Assembly: GCA_051003155.1 (NCBI GenBank)
Contig: JBPCLO010000026.1
Coordinates: 128,001-192,000, forward strand
DNA length: 64,000 nucleotides
Reading direction: 5' to 3'
Origin: Fimbriimonadales bacterium
GTDB lineage: Bacteria > Armatimonadota > Fimbriimonadia > Fimbriimonadales > ATM1
A model generated the notes under the pieces. That model saw only the letters and a program-made list of their open reading frames with translations. It was not told the origin of the DNA and did not search any database. This document shows positions 26,145 to 35,660 of this stretch, one piece after another (within the stretch, counting starts at the first letter, position 1; each line of letters begins with the position of its first letter). A program made the translations under genes and the position numbers.

Positions 26145-26849
26145 CTACCCGCCAAGATAAGCTTCGCGAACAGCAGGATTATCGAGCAGAGCCTTGCCGG
26201 TGTCGCTAAGGACGATCCGGCCGGTCTCGAGCACATAGGCGCGGTTCGCGAGGTCGAGTGCGCGATGCGCGTTCTGCTCGACGAGGAGCACCGTCACGCC
26301 CTCCGAATTGATGCGCCGGATGATCGAGAATATCTCCGTCACGAGATTGGGCGCGAGGCCGAGGCTCGGCTCGTCCAAAAGAAGGAGGCGGGGCCCCGCC
26401 ATCAATGCGCGGCCGATCGCAAGCATTTGCTGCTCCCCACCGCTCAGCGTCCCCGCGTTCTGTTTGATTCTCTCGCGGAGCCGCGGGAAGAGGTCCAGCG
26501 CCTTTTGGATATCGGATGATACCTCGGCATCCTTGCGGCAAAACGCACCGAGCTTAAGGTTTTCCAGTACCGACATATTTGTAAAGATGCGCCGCCCTTC
26601 GGGACAGTGGACGATTCCCTTTTGAACCACCAAGTGTGCTGGAAGGTTGTCGATTTCTTCGCCTTCGAACGTCACGCTTCCGGCCTTGCAACGGATGATC
26701 CCCGATATCGCCCTCAAGAGCGTGCTCTTCCCCGCTCCGTTCGACCCGATGATCGAGACAATTTCACCTTGATCGACGTCGACACAAAGGCCTTTCAGTG
26801 CGTGAATCGCTCCGTAGTAGACCTGCAAGTCTTTGATCGCAAGCATCAC
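26145..26849 (-). CDS. livF: Branched-chain amino acid ABC transporter ATP-binding protein, LivF-type
   Basis: GSNGAGKST, PEGRRIF, LSGGEQQMLAIGRAL, LDEPSLGLAP and VREAYLG. Confidence 0.92.
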   Translation of the reverse strand: MMLAIKDLQVYYGAIHALKGLCVDVDQGEIVSIIGSNGAGKSTLLRAISGIIRCKAGSVTFEGEEIDNLPAHLVVQKGIVHCPEGRRIFTNMSVLENLKLGAFCRKDAEVSSDIQKALDLFPRLRERIKQNAGTLSGGEQQMLAIGRALMAGPRLLLLDEPSLGLAPNLVTEIFSIIRRINSEGVTVLLVEQNAHRALDLANRAYVLETGRIVLSDTGKALLDNPAVREAYLGG

Positions 26850-27409
26850 GGCCGGCCTCCCACGAACATGAGCTGCACGTCGAAAATGAGCGCCGCGTTC
26901 GGCGGTATCGGGCTCCCGGGCTGCGGGTTCGCTCCATACGCCAGATCCGCGGGGATCGTGAGCTTTCGGCGCCCGCCGACCTTCATGCCCTTGAGCCCCT
27001 CCATCCAGCCGATGATCACTGCGGGCTCATTCGGGTCATAAGTGAACGTGTAAGGTTCGCCCTTATCCTTGTAAGAGGTGTCGAACATAAAGCCATCTGG
27101 CAAAGTGCCGACGTAATGCACCGTCACATTCGCACCCGGTACGATTTGCCTGCCAGAACCGACAACAATGTTCTCGATTTTCAGAGTCTTGATCTTCGCG
27201 GTCTCGTCGGCGACCTTGCGTTTGTCCACAGTCTTGGGAGGGTTCGCGGGTACAGGTATCGCCGGGGGATCGAGCTTGGTGTTTAGAGGCCGTACGCGCG
27301 ATGCCATTTCTTTTGTGAGGCCTTCGGCCACCTGGTTGATGTTCTTCGGTTTATCGCAACCCGCCACGATAGCGGCCAGGACGAGGGGGAGCAACGCTCG
27401 CATACCCAC
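26846..27409 (-). CDS. FKBP-type peptidyl-prolyl isomerase, lipoprotein
   Basis: Lipobox VAGC; VTVHYVGTL, IGWMEGL.GMKVGG.RKL.IP and IPPNAAL.FDV. Confidence 0.92.
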   Translation of the reverse strand: MGMRALLPLVLAAIVAGCDKPKNINQVAEGLTKEMASRVRPLNTKLDPPAIPVPANPPKTVDKRKVADETAKIKTLKIENIVVGSGRQIVPGANVTVHYVGTLPDGFMFDTSYKDKGEPYTFTYDPNEPAVIIGWMEGLKGMKVGGRRKLTIPADLAYGANPQPGSPIPPNAALIFDVQLMFVGGRP

Positions 27410-27444
27410 ATAGGGTACCTCGGAGGTAAGCTTACCCCTCGAAC

Positions 27445-27909
27445 ATGGCGAAGTCTGGGTCCAAAAAGCCCGATGGACCGGCGGCCATCGTCAATCGGCG
27501 CGCTCGCTACGATTACGAAATTCTTAGCACCTATGAGGCGGGAATTGCGCTGGAAGGTTCAGAGGTTAAGAGCGTCTTCCGCGGGCAGGTAAACCTGTCC
27601 GGGGCGTATTGCCGCGTCGATGAGGGTGAGGCTTGGCTCTATGATATGGACATTGCGCCGTATGAGAAAGCAGGGTCCTACGCCCCGGAAAGGCAGCGAA
27701 AGCGAAAGCTGCTTTTGCATAAGAAGGAGATCGAGCTTATCCGGCGTCGTTCGGAGGAGCGTGGTTTGGCGCTAATTCCCACGAGAGTCTATTTCCAGAA
27801 TCGACGGGTGAAGGTCGAGATTTCCATAGCGCGTGGTAGGCGCCAGTACGACAAGCGCGAGAAGATCGACGCAAAGACTGCGCGCAGGGAGAGCGAGTCT
27901 GGCGATTGA
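27445..27909 (+). CDS. smpB: SsrA-binding protein
   Basis: NRRARYDY, EAGIAL.GSEVKS, RKLLLHKKEI and ARGRRQYDKR. Confidence 0.97.
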   Translation: MAKSGSKKPDGPAAIVNRRARYDYEILSTYEAGIALEGSEVKSVFRGQVNLSGAYCRVDEGEAWLYDMDIAPYEKAGSYAPERQRKRKLLLHKKEIELIRRRSEERGLALIPTRVYFQNRRVKVEISIARGRRQYDKREKIDAKTARRESESGD

Positions 27910-27943
27910 TGGGTTTGCCGGCTCGATGCAGGCGCTGCGATGG

Positions 27944-28291
27944 CTACTCGTCGATCGGGCTAAAATGAATTACGGAGACCAGATGTCCCGTGGAGATCTT
28001 CTCGCCGTAGATTCTAGAAAGGAGTGCGGCGATGTCTTCGGTTGATCGGAATTCCGGATTTTCGCGCTCTACTTCTCGGGGGCTCATCTCGGCGATCGTT
28101 TTTACTTCTACGCGGTCAATAATAGCGCTATAGAGCTTTTGCCGCCTGCCGAACCGTTGGCCGGTCGTAATCCAGACAATTTCGCCCGAATGGTATTTAT
28201 CGCTTTTGTCACCCAAACGAACCGTCACGGATTTACGGTTCGTTCTAAGAATATCGAGATAAAGGTCCGAATAAAAGTTTATTGCGTACAT
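27944..28291 (-). CDS. ASCH-domain protein
   Basis: INF...YLDILRTNRKSVTVR...E-x-VxVIHF pattern; directly downstream of pheT. Confidence 0.75.
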   Translation of the reverse strand: MYAINFYSDLYLDILRTNRKSVTVRLGDKSDKYHSGEIVWITTGQRFGRRQKLYSAIIDRVEVKTIAEMSPREVERENPEFRSTEDIAALLSRIYGEKISTGHLVSVIHFSPIDE

Positions 28292-28293
28292 AT

Positions 28294-30282
28294 TTAGGTG
28301 CGCTCTTTTGCTCCGAGTATTTTGATCGCATTGAATGCGCGCGCGCGGAAGTCGTTGGCCTCATCGTCGGTGAAGGTGCGGCTACGATGTCTCAAGAGTA
28401 CGGCCACACCGAGGCTGTGTTCACCGTCAGGAATTCCCTTGCCTTCGTAAACGTCGAAAAGCCAAACTTCTTCTGCATTTTCCCCGATAGCCGACAGAAT
28501 TGCCGATTCGATTTCTGAATAAGAGACGTCTTTGGCTATCGAAAACGCCATGTCCCGGCGCACCGACGGGTGGTGGCTAATCGGCTCGTATTCGATTTTT
28601 CGCCGATCGAAAGAGAACACTGTCTCGATATTTAGCTCGCCCATTAAGACTCCCGGATGGAGGTCCAGACTTTCCGCTGTATCGGCCTGCACTTCGCCGA
28701 TGATTCCTGTACAGATTCCGCCCACCATCACTTTCGCCTGACGGTTGGAGTGGAAGCGGTGATCGGTCGACGGCTCGAACTCGACATCGCGGCCCAAGAG
28801 GGATGCAACCTGCTCCACGACGCCTTTCGCTGCGTAGAAGTCCGCGTCTGGTCCGGTTGCGTCCTTCCAATAATCCGGGGTCAGTTTTGCGGATAACAGA
28901 AACGCCAGAGATCGTGATTCATGGTCTGCGGTAAAGATCCTACCGATTTCGAATAGTCTTAGCGAACGGCCCCGGTTTTTCGCGGCTGTCCTCGCCATGC
29001 CTGGCAGAATCGAGTTTCTCAGGAACGCCAACTCGGGCGCTGCGGGGTTTCTCAGTTGCACCTTTTCCCCACAAGAATCGAGAGGAGAGTGATCGGTTAG
29101 CGTGTGGTTTGCGACCTCGGTAAAGCCGAGCCTCAACATCGCATTGCGAGTCTGCGTCCTGATTGCGGCGTCAACGGACTCACCTCCTTGCGACGCGGAA
29201 CCGAACGGCAACGCCTCCGGAATCTTGTCGTAGCCCCAGAGCCGCCCTATTTCCTCGATCAGGTCTTCTTCGAGCGTCAGATCGTTGCGCCAGGTTGGCG
29301 GCGTGGCGCGAAGGCCCCCTTTGGTCTCCTCGACCCGGCAGCCGAGCGCGTTTAAAGATGCCGCTGCCGCTGCCTTCGGGACCTCCATGCCGAGCAATCG
29401 GTTCCACCTTGCCTCGCGAACCTCGATCCACCTTGGCTCCACGGGTCGATAGGAATCGTGTATCGAAGCGACCGGCTTTCCGAGCAACTCTGCGAACCGC
29501 AGGATCGCTCGAGCGGCGCCGTCGGGGTCGACAAACCGCTCAAAACGGTAGCTGGCTTCGGTGGTTGTGCCGAGAGCCTTGCGGGTCTTTCTTACCGAAA
29601 CTGGATCGAAGTGTGCGGATTCGAGCAGGATATTCCTGGTGGAGCCCGAGACTTCGCTATCTTCGCCTCCCATAACACCGGCGATCGCAACCGGACGCTC
29701 GGCGTCGCAGATCACCAGCATTCCAGGCTTCAGTTCGCGGTCGACCCCGTCGAGGGTTTTCAACTTCTCGCCGACCCGTGCGGAGCGGACGACGATGCGT
29801 CCCTCGCTTAGCTTGTCGAGATTGAAAGCGTGGAGCGGCTGGCCGAGCTCGAGCATAACGTAGTTCGTCGTATCGACGATTATGTTGATCGGACGCATAC
29901 CCGAAGCTGCAAGCCGTCGCTGGATCGTCTCGGAACTCGGGCCGATTGTGACGCCACGAAATACTCCTGCGGCATACCGGCTGCAATGGTCCCAGTCCAC
30001 GATCGTTGCGATTCCCGAGCCGTCGGCCGCGCTCGGTGGCGTCGAGAGTACGGTGAGGAATATCTCGGTTGGTTTGAATCGAAGAGGGTCTTTCGCAGCC
30101 AATTCGCGTGCGAGGCCGAGGATTGATAGACAATCGCCGCGATTGGGCGTCACTTTAAAGTCGAGGACGCCTCCCTCCTCGCTCTCCATCTCCAAACCGA
30201 GCATGGTGAGGACACTCCCGATTTCATCCGGCGTTGCGTCGGTTTCGACGAACTCCTTCAGCCACTCGACCGCGACCTTCAT
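28294..30282 (-). CDS. pheT: Phenylalanine-tRNA ligase beta subunit (short form)
   Basis: VTPNRGDCLS, NYVMLELGQPLHAF, TEASYRFER, EEDLIEEI.R and C-terminal FDX-ACB; ATGA overlap with pheS. Confidence 0.95.
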   Translation of the reverse strand: MKVAVEWLKEFVETDATPDEIGSVLTMLGLEMESEEGGVLDFKVTPNRGDCLSILGLARELAAKDPLRFKPTEIFLTVLSTPPSAADGSGIATIVDWDHCSRYAAGVFRGVTIGPSSETIQRRLAASGMRPINIIVDTTNYVMLELGQPLHAFNLDKLSEGRIVVRSARVGEKLKTLDGVDRELKPGMLVICDAERPVAIAGVMGGEDSEVSGSTRNILLESAHFDPVSVRKTRKALGTTTEASYRFERFVDPDGAARAILRFAELLGKPVASIHDSYRPVEPRWIEVREARWNRLLGMEVPKAAAAASLNALGCRVEETKGGLRATPPTWRNDLTLEEDLIEEIGRLWGYDKIPEALPFGSASQGGESVDAAIRTQTRNAMLRLGFTEVANHTLTDHSPLDSCGEKVQLRNPAAPELAFLRNSILPGMARTAAKNRGRSLRLFEIGRIFTADHESRSLAFLLSAKLTPDYWKDATGPDADFYAAKGVVEQVASLLGRDVEFEPSTDHRFHSNRQAKVMVGGICTGIIGEVQADTAESLDLHPGVLMGELNIETVFSFDRRKIEYEPISHHPSVRRDMAFSIAKDVSYSEIESAILSAIGENAEEVWLFDVYEGKGIPDGEHSLGVAVLLRHRSRTFTDDEANDFRARAFNAIKILGAKERT

Positions 30283-31301
30283 GCCGGGAACTGCTCCAGG
30301 AACCTGAGGTCGTTGTCGTAAAAGAGGCGGAGATCGTCGACGCGGTACTGCATCATCGGAATCCGCTCGACTCCTAGACCGAATGCGAAACCGCTGTACT
30401 TCTCTGTGTCGAAGCCGTGAGCGCGCATGATGTTCGGATGGATGAGCCCGGCGCCGCCAAGTTCGATCCAACCCGCGCTCTTGCAGATGGGGCAACCAGT
30501 GCCACTGCAAAAGGGGCACGAGATAGCGTAATCTACGCCAGGCTCGACGAATGGGAAGAAATCCGGCCGGAATCGCACCTGAACGCCCGGCCCGAACATT
30601 GAGCGCGCGAAAGCCCCCAGCGTTCCTTTCAGATGATGCATCCCAATACCTTCGTCGATCATGAACGCATCGACCTGCCCAAAAGTGTGGCCGTGCGTGC
30701 GGTCAACCGCCTCGTTTCGGAAGCATCGTCCGACCGTGAACACCCTCATTGGCGGCCTTTTGTTTTCGAATGTGCGCCCTTGGATCGCGGTGCCTTGCGT
30801 TCGCAGCACGCGCTCGTCGTCGACGTAAAACGTGTCCTGATCATCCATCGCCGGATGTTCAGGAGGATAGTTTAGTGCCGTAAAGTTATATTTAACTAGC
30901 TCAAGTTCGGGTCCTTCGACGAATTCGAACCCTAGGCCGATCAGCGCTCCCTTGATTCGGTCTTCGGTCTGGCCGAGAATGTGCTGAAGGCCGACGGGGA
31001 CCTTCCTTGCGGGCATGGTGATGTCGATCGATTCCTTGGCAACACGTTCGCCTAGCTCGGAAGCTTTCAGCTGGCTCATGCGGGTGTCGATAATTTGTTG
31101 AAGCTTCGCCTTGGCCTCGTTCAGTGCCCTTCCAAAGCCGGGTTTCTCCTCTGGCGGGAGAGAACCGATCTGACGAAGCAGGCCCGTGTATTCGCCATTT
31201 CGTCCGAGATACTTGATCTCTAACTCGCGCACGGCAACCGTCGTTTCCGCCGAGGCAACCGCATCCATGGCTACCACCTCGAGCTCTCCGAGGGGATTCA
31301 T
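30279..31301 (-). CDS. pheS: Phenylalanine-tRNA ligase alpha subunit
   Basis: HPAMDDQDTFY, FRPDFFPFVEP, WIELGGAG and GFAFGLGVER. Confidence 0.97.
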   Translation of the reverse strand: MNPLGELEVVAMDAVASAETTVAVRELEIKYLGRNGEYTGLLRQIGSLPPEEKPGFGRALNEAKAKLQQIIDTRMSQLKASELGERVAKESIDITMPARKVPVGLQHILGQTEDRIKGALIGLGFEFVEGPELELVKYNFTALNYPPEHPAMDDQDTFYVDDERVLRTQGTAIQGRTFENKRPPMRVFTVGRCFRNEAVDRTHGHTFGQVDAFMIDEGIGMHHLKGTLGAFARSMFGPGVQVRFRPDFFPFVEPGVDYAISCPFCSGTGCPICKSAGWIELGGAGLIHPNIMRAHGFDTEKYSGFAFGLGVERIPMMQYRVDDLRLFYDNDLRFLEQFPA

Positions 31302-31825
31302 TTTAACTGGCCCCAAGATACGGCCCCTGCTACACAGGCAAAGACGAGCGGCCACGGGTTTCCGAAAATCACGGTGAGAACCTGGCCACCGCCCATCTCA
31401 TGCAAAGCTCCGTCGGCAAGCAGCTTGAACGGCGCAACCATCGCGCCGATGATGAACCCCAGCGCCGTGATTCCGCCAACGAGAAGACTGCTCTTTCGCT
31501 GGACGATTCGCTGGATAATTTGCCCCACGAAACCGCCAACGATGGCGCCCGCGAAAATAAGGAAAAAGCCTATGCTTTGCGGAATGACGTAGGAAGCGAT
31601 GAAACCGAGAGCGAATCCCGCGAGCGAACCGCCGGCCAGTTGGCCAGGCGACAGGCTATGGGTGGCAAAGCGCTCGAGGCCACACTTGCGGCACCGATAA
31701 CCTACCGGTGTCAAAACGGCGCACGAGGGGCAAATATAAGTCTCGCACCGGCTACAACGCAACACCGTTTCAACATCTGTGTGCTTGTCGCAATAAGTTT
31801 TGCGGTCACGCTCCATAGGCTCCAA
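31298..31825 (-). CDS. B-box-type zinc finger membrane protein
   Basis: C..H......RC.RC...IC..C...TPVGYRC..C followed by TM helices. Confidence 0.8.
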   Translation of the reverse strand: MEPMERDRKTYCDKHTDVETVLRCSRCETYICPSCAVLTPVGYRCRKCGLERFATHSLSPGQLAGGSLAGFALGFIASYVIPQSIGFFLIFAGAIVGGFVGQIIQRIVQRKSSLLVGGITALGFIIGAMVAPFKLLADGALHEMGGGQVLTVIFGNPWPLVFACVAGAVSWGQLK

Positions 31826-31833
31826 CGAAAACT

Positions 31834-32190
31834 CTACGCGGTGGCAGTTTTCGCCTTAACGGCTAGGTTCGCGAACGCGGCCGGATCTGAGATTGCCAGA
31901 TCACTCAGAATCTTGCGGTCGATCTGGATGCCGGCCTCGGTCAAGCCGTGAATAAAGGCGGAGTACCGGATATCGTTTGCCAGGCAGCCGGCGCTGATGC
32001 GCACGATCCAAAGCCTACGGAAATCCCTCTTCTTGTTTCTGCGGTCACGAAAAGCGTACTGCCCGCTCTTCATCACCTGTTCGTTGGCAGACTTGAAGTT
32101 GTTCTTCTTTCTACCCCAGTACCCTTCTGCTCTTTCGAGTACCTTCTTATGGCGCTTCTTCGCCATCAAACCACGTTTGACACGTGCCAT
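31834..32190 (-). CDS. rplT: 50S ribosomal protein L20
   Basis: MARVKRG...GY.G...YAFRDRRNKKRDFRRLWIVRI...DRKILSDLA. Confidence 0.98.
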   Translation of the reverse strand: MARVKRGLMAKKRHKKVLERAEGYWGRKKNNFKSANEQVMKSGQYAFRDRRNKKRDFRRLWIVRISAGCLANDIRYSAFIHGLTEAGIQIDRKILSDLAISDPAAFANLAVKAKTATA

Positions 32191-32334
32191 TTTGTTCGTA
32201 CACCTCGTTTGAATTTACGACCGCATCCCAGCCCGCGACGGGCGGTAACGGTAGAGAGGCGAGAGTATACCCGCGCGGAGCTACACAGACGGCCCATGGA
32301 GGGCCGCCGGTCGGCAACGTCTACAGTCTTCGGT

Positions 32335-32664
32335 CTATGCAGTGGCGACGGTACTGCATTCCATTGCGCATCTGCGCGAGGCGCGGGCACATCCTTGGCA
32401 TTGCTCCGTGTCGTAACGCTCACACGCCGCGGCGCACCTATCGCAAATTTCCGCGCAGGTCGCGCACATTTCCGGAACGACCGCCGAGCCTGCGTTCATT
32501 TCCTTCACGCACTCGGCGCAAGCGCCGGCACATTGACCGCACAGACGCACACAATCCTCCATGCCCGGCGTTCCTTCGCTGGCCGCCGCGCAATCGCGGC
32601 AAGCTGCTTCGCATCCCTGACAGGCTTCGATGCATGAGCCGTATTGATGTCCAATGGTTCCCAT
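32335..32664 (-). CDS. Cys-rich four-helix-bundle copper storage protein (Csp3/DUF326-like)
   Basis: Repeated CxxxC/CxxC spacing; no signal peptide. Confidence 0.85.
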   Translation of the reverse strand: MGTIGHQYGSCIEACQGCEAACRDCAAASEGTPGMEDCVRLCGQCAGACAECVKEMNAGSAVVPEMCATCAEICDRCAAACERYDTEQCQGCARASRRCAMECSTVATA

Positions 32665-32675
32665 GTCTCGCTCCG

Positions 32676-33014
32676 TTACTTCGTACCGCCTCCACCGGCG
32701 CCGCCACCACGGCGGGCGCCTTGCATTACCGCCTGAAGGTCGGTGTGCGCCAAGACGTTCAAATCCGAAGTACGGACCTTATAGATGTGCCCGCCTTGGT
32801 AAATGTAAAGGGCACCGCTGTCCATGAGCATCGAGGCCTGGCCCATGAACATCCCTCGATCCATCATCGGGGGTTGGGGAATCTGCGCCGGCTGTTGGGG
32901 AGGGTTCGTTAGAGGGGGTGACTCCTGGGCATTCGCATGCTGGGCGAAGGGGATCGCCAGTGCGCCCACTCCGAGTGCGGTGGCTGCGATGAGCGTTGCT
33001 TTGCTGTTTAACAT
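32676..33014 (-). CDS. Small exported protein
   Basis: Signal peptide (ANA), Pro/Met-rich linker, LYIYQGGHIYKV; RBS aggag. Confidence 0.7.
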   Translation of the reverse strand: MLNSKATLIAATALGVGALAIPFAQHANAQESPPLTNPPQQPAQIPQPPMMDRGMFMGQASMLMDSGALYIYQGGHIYKVRTSDLNVLAHTDLQAVMQGARRGGGAGGGGTK

Positions 33015-33127
33015 TGTTGGCTCCTTTCTTGCATTACTTCTTTGCGCAATACCCTTTGAACGCCGCTCGCGCCCTTCTCGTTGCCCTTAGGGAACATTCG
33101 AGCTTCACAATTAGGTACAAATCGAAC

Positions 33128-35629
33128 ATGCGAGCTGCGCTAGCGGTGTGGTTTCTTTTCCCTGTTTCAACGTCATTCGCCGCCTCGATCGAAGACGTCC
33201 TGCGGCCGTTCGCCTTCCGTTCGCTCGGACCGGCAGTGACGGGTGGCCGGATCGTCGACATCGAGGCGCACCCGTCGAAGCCGTATACCATTTATGCTGC
33301 CTCTGCCTCCGGTGGGGTATGGAAAACGACCAATAACGGAACTACCTGGACGCCCATTTTCGACGACCAGGAATCGTTCAGCATCGGCGACATAGCAATC
33401 GCTCAGACCGACCCGAAGATCGTGTGGGTGGGGACCGGCGAACACAACAACCAACGGAGCGCACACTACGGGGACGGTGTGTATAAGTCCATAGACGGTG
33501 GCAAAACATGGACGAATATGGGCCTCATGGAAAGCCTCCATATCGGCCGGATTGCAATCGACCCCCAGGATCCGAGCATCGTCTATGTAGCGGCGATCGG
33601 ACCACTCTACAAGGGGGGCGGCGAACGCGGGGTTTACAAAACTACCAACGGCGGGAATACTTGGGCTTTGGTTTTAAAGGGGGCCAACGAAACGACTGGC
33701 TTCATCGACATCGCGCAGGACCCGGAGGATCGCAACGTGCTCTACGCAGCCGCCTACGACCGCCTGCGCCGTGCCTGGAACATCAGGGACAACGGACCCG
33801 GTTCTGGTATTTGGAAGTCCAAGGATTCCGGTAAAACCTGGACAAGAATGACCAACGGCTTCCCCGTCGGTGATCGCAACGGACGGATCGGTATAACGAT
33901 CTATCCGAAGGACCCGAAGATCGTTTACGCGACCCTCGACAATCAAGCGCCGGGCAAGCAGATCGAGATTTACCGAACGAACGACGCCGGCGCGTCTTGG
34001 AAGAAAGTCAACGCGGGCCGCGCCGACGGCAGCTACTACTATGGCCAGATCCGCGTCGATCCGAATAACCCTGAGAGGGTCTATGTTTTGGGAGTCAGCT
34101 TTCTGCGCAGCGATGACGGGGGAAAGAAGTACACCCCCCTAGCGCGGGGGGTGCACGTAGATCACCACGCGCTCTGGATCGATCCGAACAATTCCGAGCG
34201 GCTGCTTTTAGGCAACGATGGCGGCATGTACATCAGCCACGATGCCGGCGAGACCTTTGCCTTCATCAACAACCTACCGATTCCGCAGTTCTATGCTGTT
34301 GGCGTCGATAATTCCGTTCCCTATAACGTGATGGGCGGACTGCAGGATAACGGCGTTTGGCATGGCCCTTCGCGGACTCGCGACCGCCGAGGTATCTCGA
34401 ATAACGACTGGCGATCGATCTACGGAGGGGACGGATTCTACACCGTGCCCGACGCTGAAGACCCCTACACCGTCTACACGTCCTCGCAGTTCGGAGGGGT
34501 CGGAAGAGTCGACGTAAAGACGGGCCAGACGAGGGGCATCAAGCCTCGAGAAGAAAAGATACGCAGCAACTGGATGGCTCCGTTTATGACCTCGCCGCAC
34601 AACTCTCGAATCATTTATTGGGGCGGGAACATGTTATTCCGGAGCCTCGATCGTGGAGATAGCTGGACCGCGATCAGCACCGACCTCACGACCAAAAACG
34701 CTGAAAAAATCAAGGGCAACGTACCTCACTGCACGATTACCACGATCGACGAGTCGCCGGTCAGGCCCGGCGTCCTTTGGGTGGGAACGGACGATGGAAA
34801 CGTATGGGTTTCCGAAAACGGAGGGGTCGCTTGGAATCAAGTGAACGCGAAGATGCCTGGAGCGCCGAAAGAATGGTGGGTTAGCAGGGTCTTCGCATCA
34901 TCTCACGATGCCGGCACGGCGTTCGTATCCTACACGGGTTTTCGAGAGGAAGATTTTACGCCATACCTGTACAAAACAACTGACTTCGGGAAAACCTGGA
35001 CGTCCCTTTCCAAAAACCTTCCAAAGGAGCAGGTATCGGTGGTCAAGCAAGACACGATCAACCCGAACCTGCTTGTTGTGGGTACCGAAGAGGGCTGCCA
35101 AGTCAGCCTGAACGGCGGCATGGATTGGCACAAGCTGGGCAACGGTCTGCCTAAGGCGACGCCTGTGCAAGACCTCTTGATCCATCCCCGAGAAGGCGAT
35201 CTCGTGATCGGGACACACGGGCGTGGGGTCTACATCGTAAACATTAGTCCGCTGCGCCAGCTGAAAAAGGAGATTCTGGACAAGTACATCCACATCTTCG
35301 CACCGGATAGGGCGTTGGCGACGGCCTTTCGAGGCAGCATGTTCGATTCGTTCGCCGGCCAGAGCCGATTTGTGGCGCCCAATCCCGAGAACGGAGCAAC
35401 GATTGCTTACTACCTCAGGTCGGCCGAAGGAGGCGACGTCAAAATCGAGATACTCGGCCCGGACGGCGGCGTGCTCGATGAGCCTAAGGGGACGAAGAAC
35501 GCGGGCGTAAACTTGGTGCACTGGAATATGCGATCGGGCGGAGAGACGTTAGGTGCGGGCAGCTATGCGGTGCGGATCACCCGTGACGGGAAGTCGGAGA
35601 CTTCCGTGCTGCAAGTCCAGACCTGGTAG
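33128..35629 (+). CDS. VPS10/sortilin-like BNR-repeat beta-propeller (glycosyl hydrolase-like)
   Basis: FRSLGP...GGRI.D, repeated S.D.G.TW Asp-boxes, HVDHHALWIDP and GTHGRG. Confidence 0.9.
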   Translation: MRAALAVWFLFPVSTSFAASIEDVLRPFAFRSLGPAVTGGRIVDIEAHPSKPYTIYAASASGGVWKTTNNGTTWTPIFDDQESFSIGDIAIAQTDPKIVWVGTGEHNNQRSAHYGDGVYKSIDGGKTWTNMGLMESLHIGRIAIDPQDPSIVYVAAIGPLYKGGGERGVYKTTNGGNTWALVLKGANETTGFIDIAQDPEDRNVLYAAAYDRLRRAWNIRDNGPGSGIWKSKDSGKTWTRMTNGFPVGDRNGRIGITIYPKDPKIVYATLDNQAPGKQIEIYRTNDAGASWKKVNAGRADGSYYYGQIRVDPNNPERVYVLGVSFLRSDDGGKKYTPLARGVHVDHHALWIDPNNSERLLLGNDGGMYISHDAGETFAFINNLPIPQFYAVGVDNSVPYNVMGGLQDNGVWHGPSRTRDRRGISNNDWRSIYGGDGFYTVPDAEDPYTVYTSSQFGGVGRVDVKTGQTRGIKPREEKIRSNWMAPFMTSPHNSRIIYWGGNMLFRSLDRGDSWTAISTDLTTKNAEKIKGNVPHCTITTIDESPVRPGVLWVGTDDGNVWVSENGGVAWNQVNAKMPGAPKEWWVSRVFASSHDAGTAFVSYTGFREEDFTPYLYKTTDFGKTWTSLSKNLPKEQVSVVKQDTINPNLLVVGTEEGCQVSLNGGMDWHKLGNGLPKATPVQDLLIHPREGDLVIGTHGRGVYIVNISPLRQLKKEILDKYIHIFAPDRALATAFRGSMFDSFAGQSRFVAPNPENGATIAYYLRSAEGGDVKIEILGPDGGVLDEPKGTKNAGVNLVHWNMRSGGETLGAGSYAVRITRDGKSETSVLQVQTW

Positions 35630-35660
35630 AACGCGAAGCGACGGCTATAATCTGCGCCGT

